Below the pieces are notes generated by a model. That model made no database searches. It was given only the letters and a program-made list of their open reading frames with translations, and was not told the origin of the DNA. From NCBI GenBank assembly GCA_965224245.1, contig OZ245046.1, forward strand, positions 160,001 to 224,000: a DNA stretch of 64,000 bases, read 5' to 3'. Positions 29,750-39,502 of the stretch are shown piece by piece. Origin of the DNA: Candidatus Eiseniibacteriota bacterium. GTDB taxonomy: Bacteria > Eisenbacteria > RBG-16-71-46 > CAZAMP01. Position 1 is the stretch's first letter, and each line of letters opens with the position of its first letter. The position numbers were made by a program, and so were the translations under genes.

Positions 29750-32700
29750 TCGGGATGTGGAGACTCGCGGCCGGTGCCGTGCTCCTCGCGACCTCCGCCA
29801 TGGCCGCGGAGACGGATCTGACGGCGCCCGAGCTCGACACACGGCTGGATCGGATCTGGACGATGATCCGGGACGAGCGAGCGTTCGCGGTCGCCGATTC
29901 CGTAGCGCTCGAGCTCCTGGCCGACGTGGAGACGTCGTTCGGGCACGAGTCCGTTTCCGTGGCGCGTGTGCTGGACCCGCTCGTGATCGCCCGACTCGGG
30001 CAGCGCGCGGTCGACGCGGAGTGCCTGAGCCTGGCCGAGCGGGCGGTCCGCATCAAGGAGCGGGACCCGGTTCCGGAGGAGCCCGAGCTGGCGACGAGTC
30101 TACTCGGTCTGGGCCGGGTGCTGCAGGTGCTGGAGCGATCCGGGGAGGCTCGTACGCCTCTGGAACGCGCTCTCGAGATCCGGCGGAGCCGGTTCGGCGC
30201 TGCATCCGCCGAGGTCGCGGACGTGCTCACACAGCTCGCGCAGGTCTACATCGATCTCGATCTCGAGCCGGAGGCCGCCAGCATGCTCCAGGAGACGCTC
30301 GCGATCTACGACGCGTCCCCGGACACCGACGTTCGCACGGTCAGTCCACTGCTATACAACCTCGCATGGCTCCGCCGCGCGCTCGGTCAGTTTCGAGCCG
30401 CCGAAGAGCTATACCAGAGGTTGCTCGACATCACGCCCGAGTCGGTGATGCTCGTTCGCGCGTCTGTCTTCAACGGCCTGGGAGCGCTCCATCACGAGGA
30501 GGGCCGGTACGCCGAGTCCCTGGCCGAGCTGGAGCACGCGCTCGCTGTCGCACGGGAGGCCGGGGCCCACCCGGTCCTGATGACACACATTCTCAACAAT
30601 CTCGGGTTCGTCTTGTCGAACCTCGGAGACCATGCAGAGGCCGTCACGCGCTACGACGAGGCGCTGTCGCTGCAGCGGGAGCTTCACGGCGACGAGCACA
30701 CCATGACCGCCACCATGCTCGCAAATCTCGCCGAGACGCACCTGGCCCTGGGACACGTGGACGAGGCCCGTGAGCTGCACGAGCAAGCGCTCGGCATCCG
30801 GGAGCGCATTCTCGGCCCGGACCACGCCGAGACGGCGACGAGCCTCGGCGGACTCGCCGAGGTCTATCTCGAGATGGACCGGCCCGATGACGCTCGGCGG
30901 CTGCTGGAACGCGCGCTCGCGATCCGCACACGTCATCTCGGTCCCGATCACTTCGACACCGGCAAGGCCGTGGCCCGATTGGCCCGGTCACTCGCGGCGT
31001 CGGACAGCCTGGACGCGGCCGAGCGATCGTATCGCCGGGCGCTGGACGTGATCGCGGCCACGCTGGATCGGGGCAACCCGGAATGGTCCGAGGTCAGTCT
31101 CGGGCTCGCCGAGGTCGAGCTGTCTCGTGGCGCGTTCACGGAGGCCTGGACGCTGGCGCGCGAGGCCGAGACGCGATCCCGCGAGCACGCGAGGCTCACG
31201 GCGGCCGCGCTGTCGGAGCGCCAGGCGCTGCAGTACGCCTCGATCCGCAAGGAGGCGCTGGATCTCATCTTGACCCTCGTGGTGTCCGGGCATCGGAGCG
31301 ATGCACTGGAGGCCTGGGACCACGTGATTCGTTCCCGGGCCCTGGTCCTGAACGAGGTCGTGCTGCGTCGCGAGCGGCTGCACGCCGAAGCCGACACGTC
31401 GGTGACGCGGCTCATGGCCCGCTACGCGGATGCGAGCACCGCGCTCGCCACGCTGATGGTCCGGGGACCGGATGCCTCCGACCCGGGCTCGTTCCGCGAC
31501 CGGCTCCGGGAGGCGCGTGCCGACCGCGAACAGGCCGAGCGGGCCCTTGCGCTCCGCAGCTCGGCATTTCGCGATCGTCTGGCCACCGCCCGGCGCGGCG
31601 CCAATCAGGTGCTCGCGGCCCGGCCCGAGGGCTCGGCGGTTCTCGCGTACGTCCGCTACGAGCGATCCGGTCCGGGTCCCGGCGCGGCCTACGCGGCCTT
31701 CGTGACCGGGAAGGGCGCGGCCGCTCCCGTCGTGGTGGATCTCGGGAGCGCCGAGTCGATCGACGCCCTCGTCGCGGACTGGAGAGCGGAGGTGGTTCTC
31801 CCGTCGCCGGCCGATCTGGATCGGGCGACCCGACGGTATCGAGACGTGGGGAGGCGGCTGCGCGAGGCGATCTGGGATCCGGTCGTCCCCGCGCTCGAGG
31901 ATGCACGGACCGTCTTCGTGGTACCCGATGGTGAGCTGCATCGCGTCAGCGCCTACACGCTGCCGGACGAAGGCGGCTACCTGGTCGAGTCGGGAATCCG
32001 GGTGCACTACCTGGCCGCCGAGCGTGACCTCGTCGAGCCGCCGACGGAGGCCGAGGGTCGCGGGATGCTCGCGCTCGGGGGCCCCGACTTCGATGCGACC
32101 GACGACACGGTGACGCCGGTCACCGAGGCGGGTCCGGCGAGCCGTAACGGGGCGGTCCGATTCAGTCCGCTTCCGGGAACCCGTGCGGAGGTGAAGGCGG
32201 TAGCCGGCTTCTGGACGGGCGGTGATGCCGTCGTCCTGACCGGCCCCGACGCGTCGGAGGCCGCGTTCAAAGCGCGCGCACCGGGATGCCGCGTGGTCCA
32301 CGTGGCCACGCACGGCTTCTTTCGTGAGGCGACGCTCCGCTCGGGACGGGCCAGGACCCGCTCGATCGGTGGGCTGTCGGCCCGGCCGCCCGTGGCCCCA
32401 CACGAGCGGATGCCCGTGTTGTCCGGACTCGCGCTTGCGGGCGCGAACCACGGGATGGACCGGAGCTCGTCCGGTGAGGACGGGATCCTGACCGCCGAGG
32501 AAGTCGCCGCTCTCGATTTCTCGGGGACGGAGTGGGTCGTGCTCTCGGCATGTGACACCGGACTCGGTGACATCGAGTCCGGGGAGGGCGTGGTCGGGCT
32601 CCGGCGGGCGTTCGAGGTGTCGGGCGTCGGAACCGTCATCATGAGTCTGTGGGACGTGGATGACGAGGCCACCCGGCGGTGGATGCAGCAGCTGTACCTC

Positions 32701-32841
32701 GGTCGGTTCGAGCGAAAGGAGACCACGGTAGACTCGATGTGGGAGGCCTCGCGAGAGGTCCTCGAGTGGTGTCGCGAGAGCCTCGGCACCGATCATCCGT
32801 TCTTCTGGGGAGCGTTCGTCGCCGCCGGTGACTGGCGCTGA
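29746..32841 (+). CDS. Exported TPR-CHAT (caspase-like, clan CD) protease
   Basis: Signal peptide ending SAMA-AE; kinesin-light-chain-type TPRs (LGPDH.ETA.SL..LA); HVATHG (His 32311), VVLSACDTG (Cys 32551), SLWDVDD, HPFFWGAFV..GDWR; ATGA overlap with the kinase. Confidence 0.92.
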   Translation: MIGMWRLAAGAVLLATSAMAAETDLTAPELDTRLDRIWTMIRDERAFAVADSVALELLADVETSFGHESVSVARVLDPLVIARLGQRAVDAECLSLAERAVRIKERDPVPEEPELATSLLGLGRVLQVLERSGEARTPLERALEIRRSRFGAASAEVADVLTQLAQVYIDLDLEPEAASMLQETLAIYDASPDTDVRTVSPLLYNLAWLRRALGQFRAAEELYQRLLDITPESVMLVRASVFNGLGALHHEEGRYAESLAELEHALAVAREAGAHPVLMTHILNNLGFVLSNLGDHAEAVTRYDEALSLQRELHGDEHTMTATMLANLAETHLALGHVDEARELHEQALGIRERILGPDHAETATSLGGLAEVYLEMDRPDDARRLLERALAIRTRHLGPDHFDTGKAVARLARSLAASDSLDAAERSYRRALDVIAATLDRGNPEWSEVSLGLAEVELSRGAFTEAWTLAREAETRSREHARLTAAALSERQALQYASIRKEALDLILTLVVSGHRSDALEAWDHVIRSRALVLNEVVLRRERLHAEADTSVTRLMARYADASTALATLMVRGPDASDPGSFRDRLREARADREQAERALALRSSAFRDRLATARRGANQVLAARPEGSAVLAYVRYERSGPGPGAAYAAFVTGKGAAAPVVVDLGSAESIDALVADWRAEVVLPSPADLDRATRRYRDVGRRLREAIWDPVVPALEDARTVFVVPDGELHRVSAYTLPDEGGYLVESGIRVHYLAAERDLVEPPTEAEGRGMLALGGPDFDATDDTVTPVTEAGPASRNGAVRFSPLPGTRAEVKAVAGFWTGGDAVVLTGPDASEAAFKARAPGCRVVHVATHGFFREATLRSGRARTRSIGGLSARPPVAPHERMPVLSGLALAGANHGMDRSSSGEDGILTAEEVAALDFSGTEWVVLSACDTGLGDIESGEGVVGLRRAFEVSGVGTVIMSLWDVDDEATRRWMQQLYLGRFERKETTVDSMWEASREVLEWCRESLGTDHPFFWGAFVAAGDWR

Positions 32842-32866
32842 ATGCACCCCGGCAAGGAGCCGTGTC

Positions 32867-33607
32867 ATGAAGATCGTATGGTACATCGTCGTGATCGTCG
32901 TCGTGGTGATCGGGATCGTGCTCCTGAGACCCCTGTGGTGTGGTGACGACGACCCGGTCACGCATCTCGTCATCGAGCACACGAACGCGGGCCCGTGGAT
33001 GGACATGAACAACACGTTCAGTGACGTGTTCGACGAGGACGACGCCAAGACGTTCCGCCCCGGTGTGCTCTTCCAGCTCGGCGACTACGCCGGCATGGCG
33101 TTCTACAACTACCTCGAGGTCCGGATCTTCGAGGGCTCCACGCCCACCGTCTTCAAAGACGGGGTCTGGGTCAACATCATCTCCGAGTTCGACGAGCACC
33201 CCGGCGAGCCGATGCTGCCGGACGAGGCCTTCATCCTGTACCCCAACTCGAATCCGGCCAGCGGCTGCGTTGCCGACGATATCAACTGTCTGCGCAACCG
33301 TTCGCTGCACGGCGGGATGAACGAGAACGACGAGATCAAGAGTCTGATGACCTACTGGCAGGGTCCGAACGGGTACCGGATCTCCGCGCAGGAGGAGAAG
33401 CAGCCCAACTCGGGTAACGCCTTCCGGTTCACGTTCGAGGATCCGTTCCGGGTCGACGTCTACGAGCCGGCCGACTGGAACACCGGACCCACGATGGGAT
33501 CTCCGATCCGCTTCAAGGTGGGCGACGTCGACTCCATCGTGGTCGCCGTCAGCGCAGGACCGCCGGAGAAGGGACAGCTCGTGCAGCCACCGTGGCCGGT
33601 GCCGTGA
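32867..33607 (+). CDS. Hypothetical protein with N-terminal membrane anchor
   Basis: AAGGAG RBS; MKIVWYIVVIVVVVIGIVLL; strong C/G third-position bias. Confidence 0.75.
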   Translation: MKIVWYIVVIVVVVIGIVLLRPLWCGDDDPVTHLVIEHTNAGPWMDMNNTFSDVFDEDDAKTFRPGVLFQLGDYAGMAFYNYLEVRIFEGSTPTVFKDGVWVNIISEFDEHPGEPMLPDEAFILYPNSNPASGCVADDINCLRNRSLHGGMNENDEIKSLMTYWQGPNGYRISAQEEKQPNSGNAFRFTFEDPFRVDVYEPADWNTGPTMGSPIRFKVGDVDSIVVAVSAGPPEKGQLVQPPWPVP

Positions 33608-33633
33608 TCACGCGACGATGAGGGGATGACAAC

Positions 33634-35982
33634 ATGCCGACACGAGACTCCGACTCTCGCGATGCGAGGACGACACAGGCTCGACAGCTTCTCGTGAGGC
33701 TCGACGCCGACGTGCCGTCCGACGAGCTCGGGGCGGACGGTGCCGATCTCGCCATCTTCAGCGAGCTTCTCGCGCGGTATCCCGATCTGACCATCCGGCA
33801 GAGCTTTCCGAAGTTCGTGCACCGGCTCCGCGTCCGCCACCAGGGCGAGGTGCCGGTGCCGAAGGGTCAGCCGCAGCGGAGGCTCGATCTCTTCTTCCGG
33901 GTGACGGTGCCCGATCCGAACTCGGACCTGCGCCGACTGCTCAAGGAGATCCGTGAGACGGACGGAGTGTCGGACGCGCGCCTCGTCATCCCCGCGTCGT
34001 CGATTCCGCCTGCGACCGACTGTGGCGTGAGCGGCCTCCAGGGGTATCACGCACGGAGCAGCGATGACGGCGTCGACACGTGCTACGCCTGGAACGTCAC
34101 GTCGGTTCCGCCGGGCAAGCCCGACGGTGGAGGCGCCGGCGAGGGCGTCGTCGTCTGCGTCGTCGACCGGGACTTCGGAGCGGACCACGTCAACGGTGCG
34201 ACGGTTACCACCGAGCTGGGCACTCCACCGGGCGACAACGACGCCTACAAGCAGCACGGCTCGAAGGTGCTCGGAATCCTCGGATCGCCGGGCAGCAAGG
34301 GCCGAAAGCTCCGTGGCATCTGCCCGGGGGCGACCTTCTGCTTCTCGTACGTGACCGACGAGACCTACGGGATACCGCTGTCGACGCGCTTCAACGAGGC
34401 GATCGACGACGCGATGGTGCACCTCGAGCACGCGATCGAGCTGGAGCAGGGCGCGGTGCTCGTCCTGCAAGCTCAGCTGGACGCGGGCAGCGAGGGGATT
34501 CCGGTGTCGGCGGGACCGGTCACGCTGCCGATCGAGGCCAACGAGGACGTGTATGCCGCACTGGGAACGGCCGCCTCCGAGGGGATCACCGTCGTCGAGG
34601 CGGCGGCCAACGGCGACGCGGAGCTCGTGAAGATCTTCGACGAGACGACGGTGTACTGGGACCCCGAGCCTGGGGACGGGACGTCGTCGGGTGCCATCAT
34701 GGTCGGCGGTGGGGACTCCGCCAGTCACGACTGGCTCTCCGACAGCAACTGGGGCTCTCGCGTGGATTGTCAGGGCTGGGGACACAACGTGTTTGCCCCC
34801 AGCAGTCCCGACGAGGAGCCCGGCACGATGTCCTTCGGCACGAACGAGGCCTACGACCCCGACTTTGGTGGGACCTCGGCCGCGACCGCGATGGTGGGTG
34901 GGATCGTGGCGGCGCTCCAGGGCGCGTACCACGCGGTCGAAGGCGAGTTCCTGGAGCCCGCGACGGTTCGCGAGATGCTCGGGAACGCCGATCTGGGGAA
35001 CGCGGATCCGCTCGGTCGGATCGGCCCCTTTCCCGATCTCTACCGGCTTCTCTGCTCGCGGAACATCTGCCCCGATCTCTTCATCCGCGACGATGATGCG
35101 GATACGGGTGTCCGGCCGCTCGATCTGTTGCTGGGGTTCGCCGCACCGATCTTCTCCTTCACCAGTCCCGACGTCTTCGTTCAGCCGGAGAAGGCGATCC
35201 CCACGACGTTCGACGCCGCGGCCGCAGTCGCTGCACTCGGCTACCCGCGGGTCGACGGCGGCGCGAATCACGTCCACGCCCGCGTGAGGAACCGAGGGCG
35301 AGGCACCGATGGCGGCCGGGTGTCGATCTTCTGGTCGAGGCCCAGCTCGTTTCTGCATCCTCATTGGTGGGAGCCCGCCGGATTGCCCGGGTCGTTGCCT
35401 TCCACTCGACCCGCGGGCGAGTCGGTCGCGCACATACCCTGGGATGCGCCCTTCGAGGGTGCCCCGGAGCACTGTGCGCTCATCGCCGTCGTTTCACCTA
35501 GTCGCGGCAGCGTCGTCGAGTTCGACGCGTCGATGTCCATGATGGAGTTCCGTGACCTCATCCGCACCCGGAACGACATCGCGGTTCGAAACGTGCACGT
35601 GGGGTTCGTCGAGGCGGGCGGAGTCGTCTGGTTTCGGTATCACCTCAGAGGCCGCCCCGAAGCGGCCAGTACCTTCCGGCTCAAACTCGGGACCGATGTT
35701 CCAGCGGGAGGCACGCTGGAGCTGAGTCCGGATACGAGCGTGACGTTCAAGGGAGCCGGGGGCGCGTTCCCGGTGCCGTCGGGCGCCGTCACGGCGCTGG
35801 CCCTGGGAAACATCGTCGCGGAGGTCGATCTCGGCAAGGGCACCGAGATCATCTTCGACATGGGGGTGAAGGTGCCCGCGAGCACGTCTCCGGGCACCTA
35901 CACCCTGACGATCGATCAGAACTTCGGCATCCTGCACCTCGGACGCTGCACGTACGTCATCGTCGTCCCGCCGCCGACCTGA
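33634..35982 (+). CDS. S8 (subtilisin-like) serine protease with C-terminal beta domains
   Basis: VCVVD (Asp), QHGSKVLGIL (His), AAANG, FGGTSAA (Ser); C-terminal DLFIRD..SPDVFV..VHARVRNRG; no obvious signal peptide. Confidence 0.85.
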   Translation: MPTRDSDSRDARTTQARQLLVRLDADVPSDELGADGADLAIFSELLARYPDLTIRQSFPKFVHRLRVRHQGEVPVPKGQPQRRLDLFFRVTVPDPNSDLRRLLKEIRETDGVSDARLVIPASSIPPATDCGVSGLQGYHARSSDDGVDTCYAWNVTSVPPGKPDGGGAGEGVVVCVVDRDFGADHVNGATVTTELGTPPGDNDAYKQHGSKVLGILGSPGSKGRKLRGICPGATFCFSYVTDETYGIPLSTRFNEAIDDAMVHLEHAIELEQGAVLVLQAQLDAGSEGIPVSAGPVTLPIEANEDVYAALGTAASEGITVVEAAANGDAELVKIFDETTVYWDPEPGDGTSSGAIMVGGGDSASHDWLSDSNWGSRVDCQGWGHNVFAPSSPDEEPGTMSFGTNEAYDPDFGGTSAATAMVGGIVAALQGAYHAVEGEFLEPATVREMLGNADLGNADPLGRIGPFPDLYRLLCSRNICPDLFIRDDDADTGVRPLDLLLGFAAPIFSFTSPDVFVQPEKAIPTTFDAAAAVAALGYPRVDGGANHVHARVRNRGRGTDGGRVSIFWSRPSSFLHPHWWEPAGLPGSLPSTRPAGESVAHIPWDAPFEGAPEHCALIAVVSPSRGSVVEFDASMSMMEFRDLIRTRNDIAVRNVHVGFVEAGGVVWFRYHLRGRPEAASTFRLKLGTDVPAGGTLELSPDTSVTFKGAGGAFPVPSGAVTALALGNIVAEVDLGKGTEIIFDMGVKVPASTSPGTYTLTIDQNFGILHLGRCTYVIVVPPPT

Positions 35983-36100
35983 TGGCGGCACGGACTCTGC
36001 CGGAGCGTGTCGCCCATCCCCCAAAATTCACGCGTGACGCAGGTCGGTGTAATTGCTAAACTGAGTCCATAAGTGATACATATGCTGTGTGGCGGGATAT

Positions 36101-36109
36101 TGCTATAAT
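36101..36109 (+). promoter_or_regulatory. Extended -10 promoter element
   Basis: TGcTATAAT in an AT-rich patch about 310 bp upstream of the 36421 gene. Confidence 0.45.
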
Positions 36110-36420
36110 CGAAAACACCTGCATGCTATCAGCTTCACCCGACCCCTGATGCGCCCCCCGCCACGCACCGCCACACCTCGATCCTCTGGACACACCACGG
36201 CCGCGGACGTCGGCGGTCGTGTATCCCGTTCCGGCACGATGCGAAGGGAGGTCTTCGACACGGCACAGGGACATGAAGGAGCGCCGGGAGCGGAGTCTCG
36301 CGTCAGCGACTGGACGTCACTCCGCGGATTCGCCGAGGAGAGCTCACGCACCCTTCGCCCGGACCCTCGAGCAGGGTGCGAGGATCACGCGTACGCCGAG
36401 CAATCACGAGGAGCCATGTC

Positions 36421-37362
36421 ATGCGAGCCATCCGCGATACGGTGGGTACTTCACTCTCGATCCTGGCCGTGAGCCTGCTGCTCAACGCGAGCGTGTCGGC
36501 GCAGCCGGAGCCTTACCAGATCTTCGACGCGCCGGTCGGTGGCGAGATCGTGGGCTGTCCACCCTACCTGACGGCCATGCACACGATCACCAACACACAC
36601 GACGAGCTGAACGTCACCACGATCTTCCAAGGTGGTAGCGCCGTGGGATCTCTTCTCTCCGGTTGCCACAATCACAAGGAAGGGTACGAAGGCGACCCTG
36701 AGCCGACGGTCGAGCGTTGCTTCGAGGCAGGGGTCGATTCGCTTCCGGGCACGACGATGGTGCTCGTAGCCGAGATCGCGGGCGTCACGCACATCGTCGC
36801 CGTGGAGGGGCCCATCAAGATCCGGCGTTACGGCGATGTCGCCGATCCCGGCCCCGCGACGATCGAGCTGGATGAGATGGTCATGACGGGACAGACGGAC
36901 ACCGGTTACGCGGTGACGCTTCGCATCGGTGCCAGCCTGGGCCTCCCGCCGTCCATGGGTACCGTGGAGCGTGCCACGTCCAGTCAGGATCCCTCGATCG
37001 ACATCGGACGCGTTCAAGCCCTGGTCAATGCCGAGATCCTGCTCGAGGGAACCGTCGGCGTGTCGGACGTCATCAGGCCGGGCATGTTTCTCGCGCAGAA
37101 TCGCCCGAATCCGTTTCGCCAGGCCACGGAGATTCTGTTCGCCCTCGCCGACCGGAGTGGACCCGTTTCGCTGGACATCTACGGCGCCAGCGGCGGAGTC
37201 GTGCGGACGCTGATCACCGAGCCGTCGCTCGAGGCCGGAGAGCATCGCGTCTCGTGGGACGGCCGGAACGCAGACGGCGAGCCGGTCGCGTCGGGGAGCT
37301 ACTACTACAAGCTTCGGGTCGGCGACAGGGAAGTGAGGAGGAAGCTGAGCATTCTCAGATGA
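36421..37362 (+). CDS. Secreted protein with C-terminal FlgD-Ig/T9SS-like domain
   Basis: GAGGAG RBS; signal ending VSA-Q; LAQNRPNPF..WDGRNADGEPVASGSYYYKL. Confidence 0.82.
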   Translation: MRAIRDTVGTSLSILAVSLLLNASVSAQPEPYQIFDAPVGGEIVGCPPYLTAMHTITNTHDELNVTTIFQGGSAVGSLLSGCHNHKEGYEGDPEPTVERCFEAGVDSLPGTTMVLVAEIAGVTHIVAVEGPIKIRRYGDVADPGPATIELDEMVMTGQTDTGYAVTLRIGASLGLPPSMGTVERATSSQDPSIDIGRVQALVNAEILLEGTVGVSDVIRPGMFLAQNRPNPFRQATEILFALADRSGPVSLDIYGASGGVVRTLITEPSLEAGEHRVSWDGRNADGEPVASGSYYYKLRVGDREVRRKLSILR

Positions 37363-37578
37363 CGGAATGCGCGCCAAGCGCGCGGACCCCGCACGCCGGC
37401 CCGAACACACGTTTGGTTTCGGTCCCGATTGCGAGCCTCGGCAATGGAGCCGTCTCGAATCCCATCGGTCCATGGGGCTCCAGTGCCATACCATCAAGGC
37501 TGACCCAGCCTGAGCATGTCGCCGAAGCATGGCGGAACGTCGGGAATGCACGGCTTCCCTCGGGTGAGAGGATTCGCA

Positions 37579-39423
37579 ATGGGCCATTCGACAGCACGCC
37601 TGTGCCACATCGCACGTCGTTGGTGGAGCTCCATTCCGGCGGTGTGGGCCGTCTGTGCCACGCTCGTCCCCGGGCCGACGACGGCCGCCGGGACCGCGGC
37701 CCGAGACGTCGACCTCGCGCCGGCGTTCCAGGTGCGATCGCAGAATCTCGACGCGTCCCGGCGAACCCTCGAAGCGGTGTCGACCGGGGAGTTCAGCGCG
37801 GTCTGGGTCTACCTGACCGACAAGGCGATCTTCGACTCGGAGTCGTGTCGCGCTCGTCTGAGCGAGGTTCGCAATGTACTCGACGAACGTGCGATCCGCC
37901 GGCGGCGCCGCAGTCTCGGTCCGGAACTCGTCGACTTCTTCGATGTTCCGGTCCACGCGCCGTACCGCGCGGCGCTCGAACGCATGGGGGCGGTCGTCCG
38001 CCGCGAGAGCCGCTGGCTCAATGCCGTCAGCATCGAGGCGAGCCGCGACGTGCTGGAACAGGTGATCACCCTCGAGTTCGTTCAGCGCATCGAGCCGGTT
38101 CGCGCGTACCGGACGACCCCGGGCGGCGGCACCTTCGGATCGGGATCGGCCGGACGAAGCGCGGTGCCGAGATCGGTGCAGCGCGGCACGATCGACTACG
38201 GCCCATCGTTCGACCAGCTCGACGAGATCGGCGTCATCGACGCGCATTCGGCGGGGTTCACCGGGGCCGGCGTGCTGATCACGCTGCTCGACACCGGGTT
38301 CAAGCGCGACCATCCCGCCTTCCAGCACATCCTCGACGACGGCCGTCTGGTCGCACAGTGGGATTTAGTGAACGACGACGGCGAGACGATGGACGGACCC
38401 GAAGACGTTCCGGGTGGGCAAGACCACGGCAGCAGCGTGTGGTCGGTGTGCGCGGGCTTCACCGAGGGCGAGCTCATCGGTCCGGCCTACGGCGCCAGCT
38501 ACGCGCTGGCGAAGACGGAGGACGTCACCAGCGAGACGCCGCTGGAGGAAGACAACTGGATCGCCGCCGCGGAGTGGGCCGACGCGCTCGGCACCGACAT
38601 CATCTCCTCGTCGTTGACGTACACCGACTGGTACACCGTCGACGACATGGACGGGGACACGGCCGTGATCTCCGTCGGCGCCGATGTGGCGGCCAGTCGC
38701 GGAATCCTGGTCAGCGTGGCCGCCGGCAACATGGGTGACCAGGACTGGTACATCGTCACCCCGGCCGCCGACGCCGACAGCGTCATCGCCGTCGGAGCGG
38801 TGGACGCCGACAATCAGCTGACCGGGTTCTCCAGCCATGGTCCCACGGCCGACGGGCGCACCAAGCCGGAGGTCGTCGCACGAGGGTTGGCCGTCGTGTG
38901 TGCGTGCAACTTCACGCATGACCCGCTCGGCGACGAGTTCGCCACGAACAACGGGACGTCCCTGGCGGCGCCTCTGGTCTCGGGGGCGGCCGCGCTCGTG
39001 ATCGAAGCCCACCCCGGGTGGTCGGCGATGGAGGTGCGCACGGCCCTCATGGCGACGGCCGACAACGCCGAGACCCCGGACAACGATCGTGGATGGGGGC
39101 GAATCGACGCATGGAGCGCGATCACGGGCACGGTCGCCGTTCCCGAGATAGTCCCCGCGGTCCCGGTGCTCCTCGCGACGCCCAATCCATCCGGCGCGAC
39201 CATTCGTCTGATCGTGCCGTACACGAGCCAGGCGGGGCACGTGGAGGTGCACGATGTCCAGGGACGTCTCGTGTGGTCGGCGCCGATGCCGGCCGGAGGC
39301 ACCGAGGTCACGTGGGACGGTCGCGATCGCTCCGGTCGAGTCGTCGGTCAGGGCGTCTACGTCGCGAGCCTTCGCGCCGGCGACTGGCGCGCGACCGCGA
39401 AGCTGGTCCGCGGGGGGCCGTGA
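37579..39423 (+). CDS. Secreted S8 serine protease with C-terminal FlgD-Ig/T9SS-like domain
   Basis: SRWLNAVS prodomain, LLDTG, DHGS, AAGN, KPEVVARG, NGTSLAAP; PNP..WDGRDRSG..GVY; start approximate. Confidence 0.9.
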   Translation: MGHSTARLCHIARRWWSSIPAVWAVCATLVPGPTTAAGTAARDVDLAPAFQVRSQNLDASRRTLEAVSTGEFSAVWVYLTDKAIFDSESCRARLSEVRNVLDERAIRRRRRSLGPELVDFFDVPVHAPYRAALERMGAVVRRESRWLNAVSIEASRDVLEQVITLEFVQRIEPVRAYRTTPGGGTFGSGSAGRSAVPRSVQRGTIDYGPSFDQLDEIGVIDAHSAGFTGAGVLITLLDTGFKRDHPAFQHILDDGRLVAQWDLVNDDGETMDGPEDVPGGQDHGSSVWSVCAGFTEGELIGPAYGASYALAKTEDVTSETPLEEDNWIAAAEWADALGTDIISSSLTYTDWYTVDDMDGDTAVISVGADVAASRGILVSVAAGNMGDQDWYIVTPAADADSVIAVGAVDADNQLTGFSSHGPTADGRTKPEVVARGLAVVCACNFTHDPLGDEFATNNGTSLAAPLVSGAAALVIEAHPGWSAMEVRTALMATADNAETPDNDRGWGRIDAWSAITGTVAVPEIVPAVPVLLATPNPSGATIRLIVPYTSQAGHVEVHDVQGRLVWSAPMPAGGTEVTWDGRDRSGRVVGQGVYVASLRAGDWRATAKLVRGGP

Positions 39424-39502
39424 GAACGGGACGGTCGGGTGAGGGAGTCAGCGGGATCGCTCGCGCCGCTCGAGGCACGAGCGATCCGGAGCCGACCCGC
39501 AC

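Noticed and set aside
29746-32841. TPR-CHAT plus ECF sigma as part of a type III-E CRISPR (Craspase) locus
   Set aside because: No Cas7-11, csx30/csx31 or array in the window, and this CHAT has a signal peptide.
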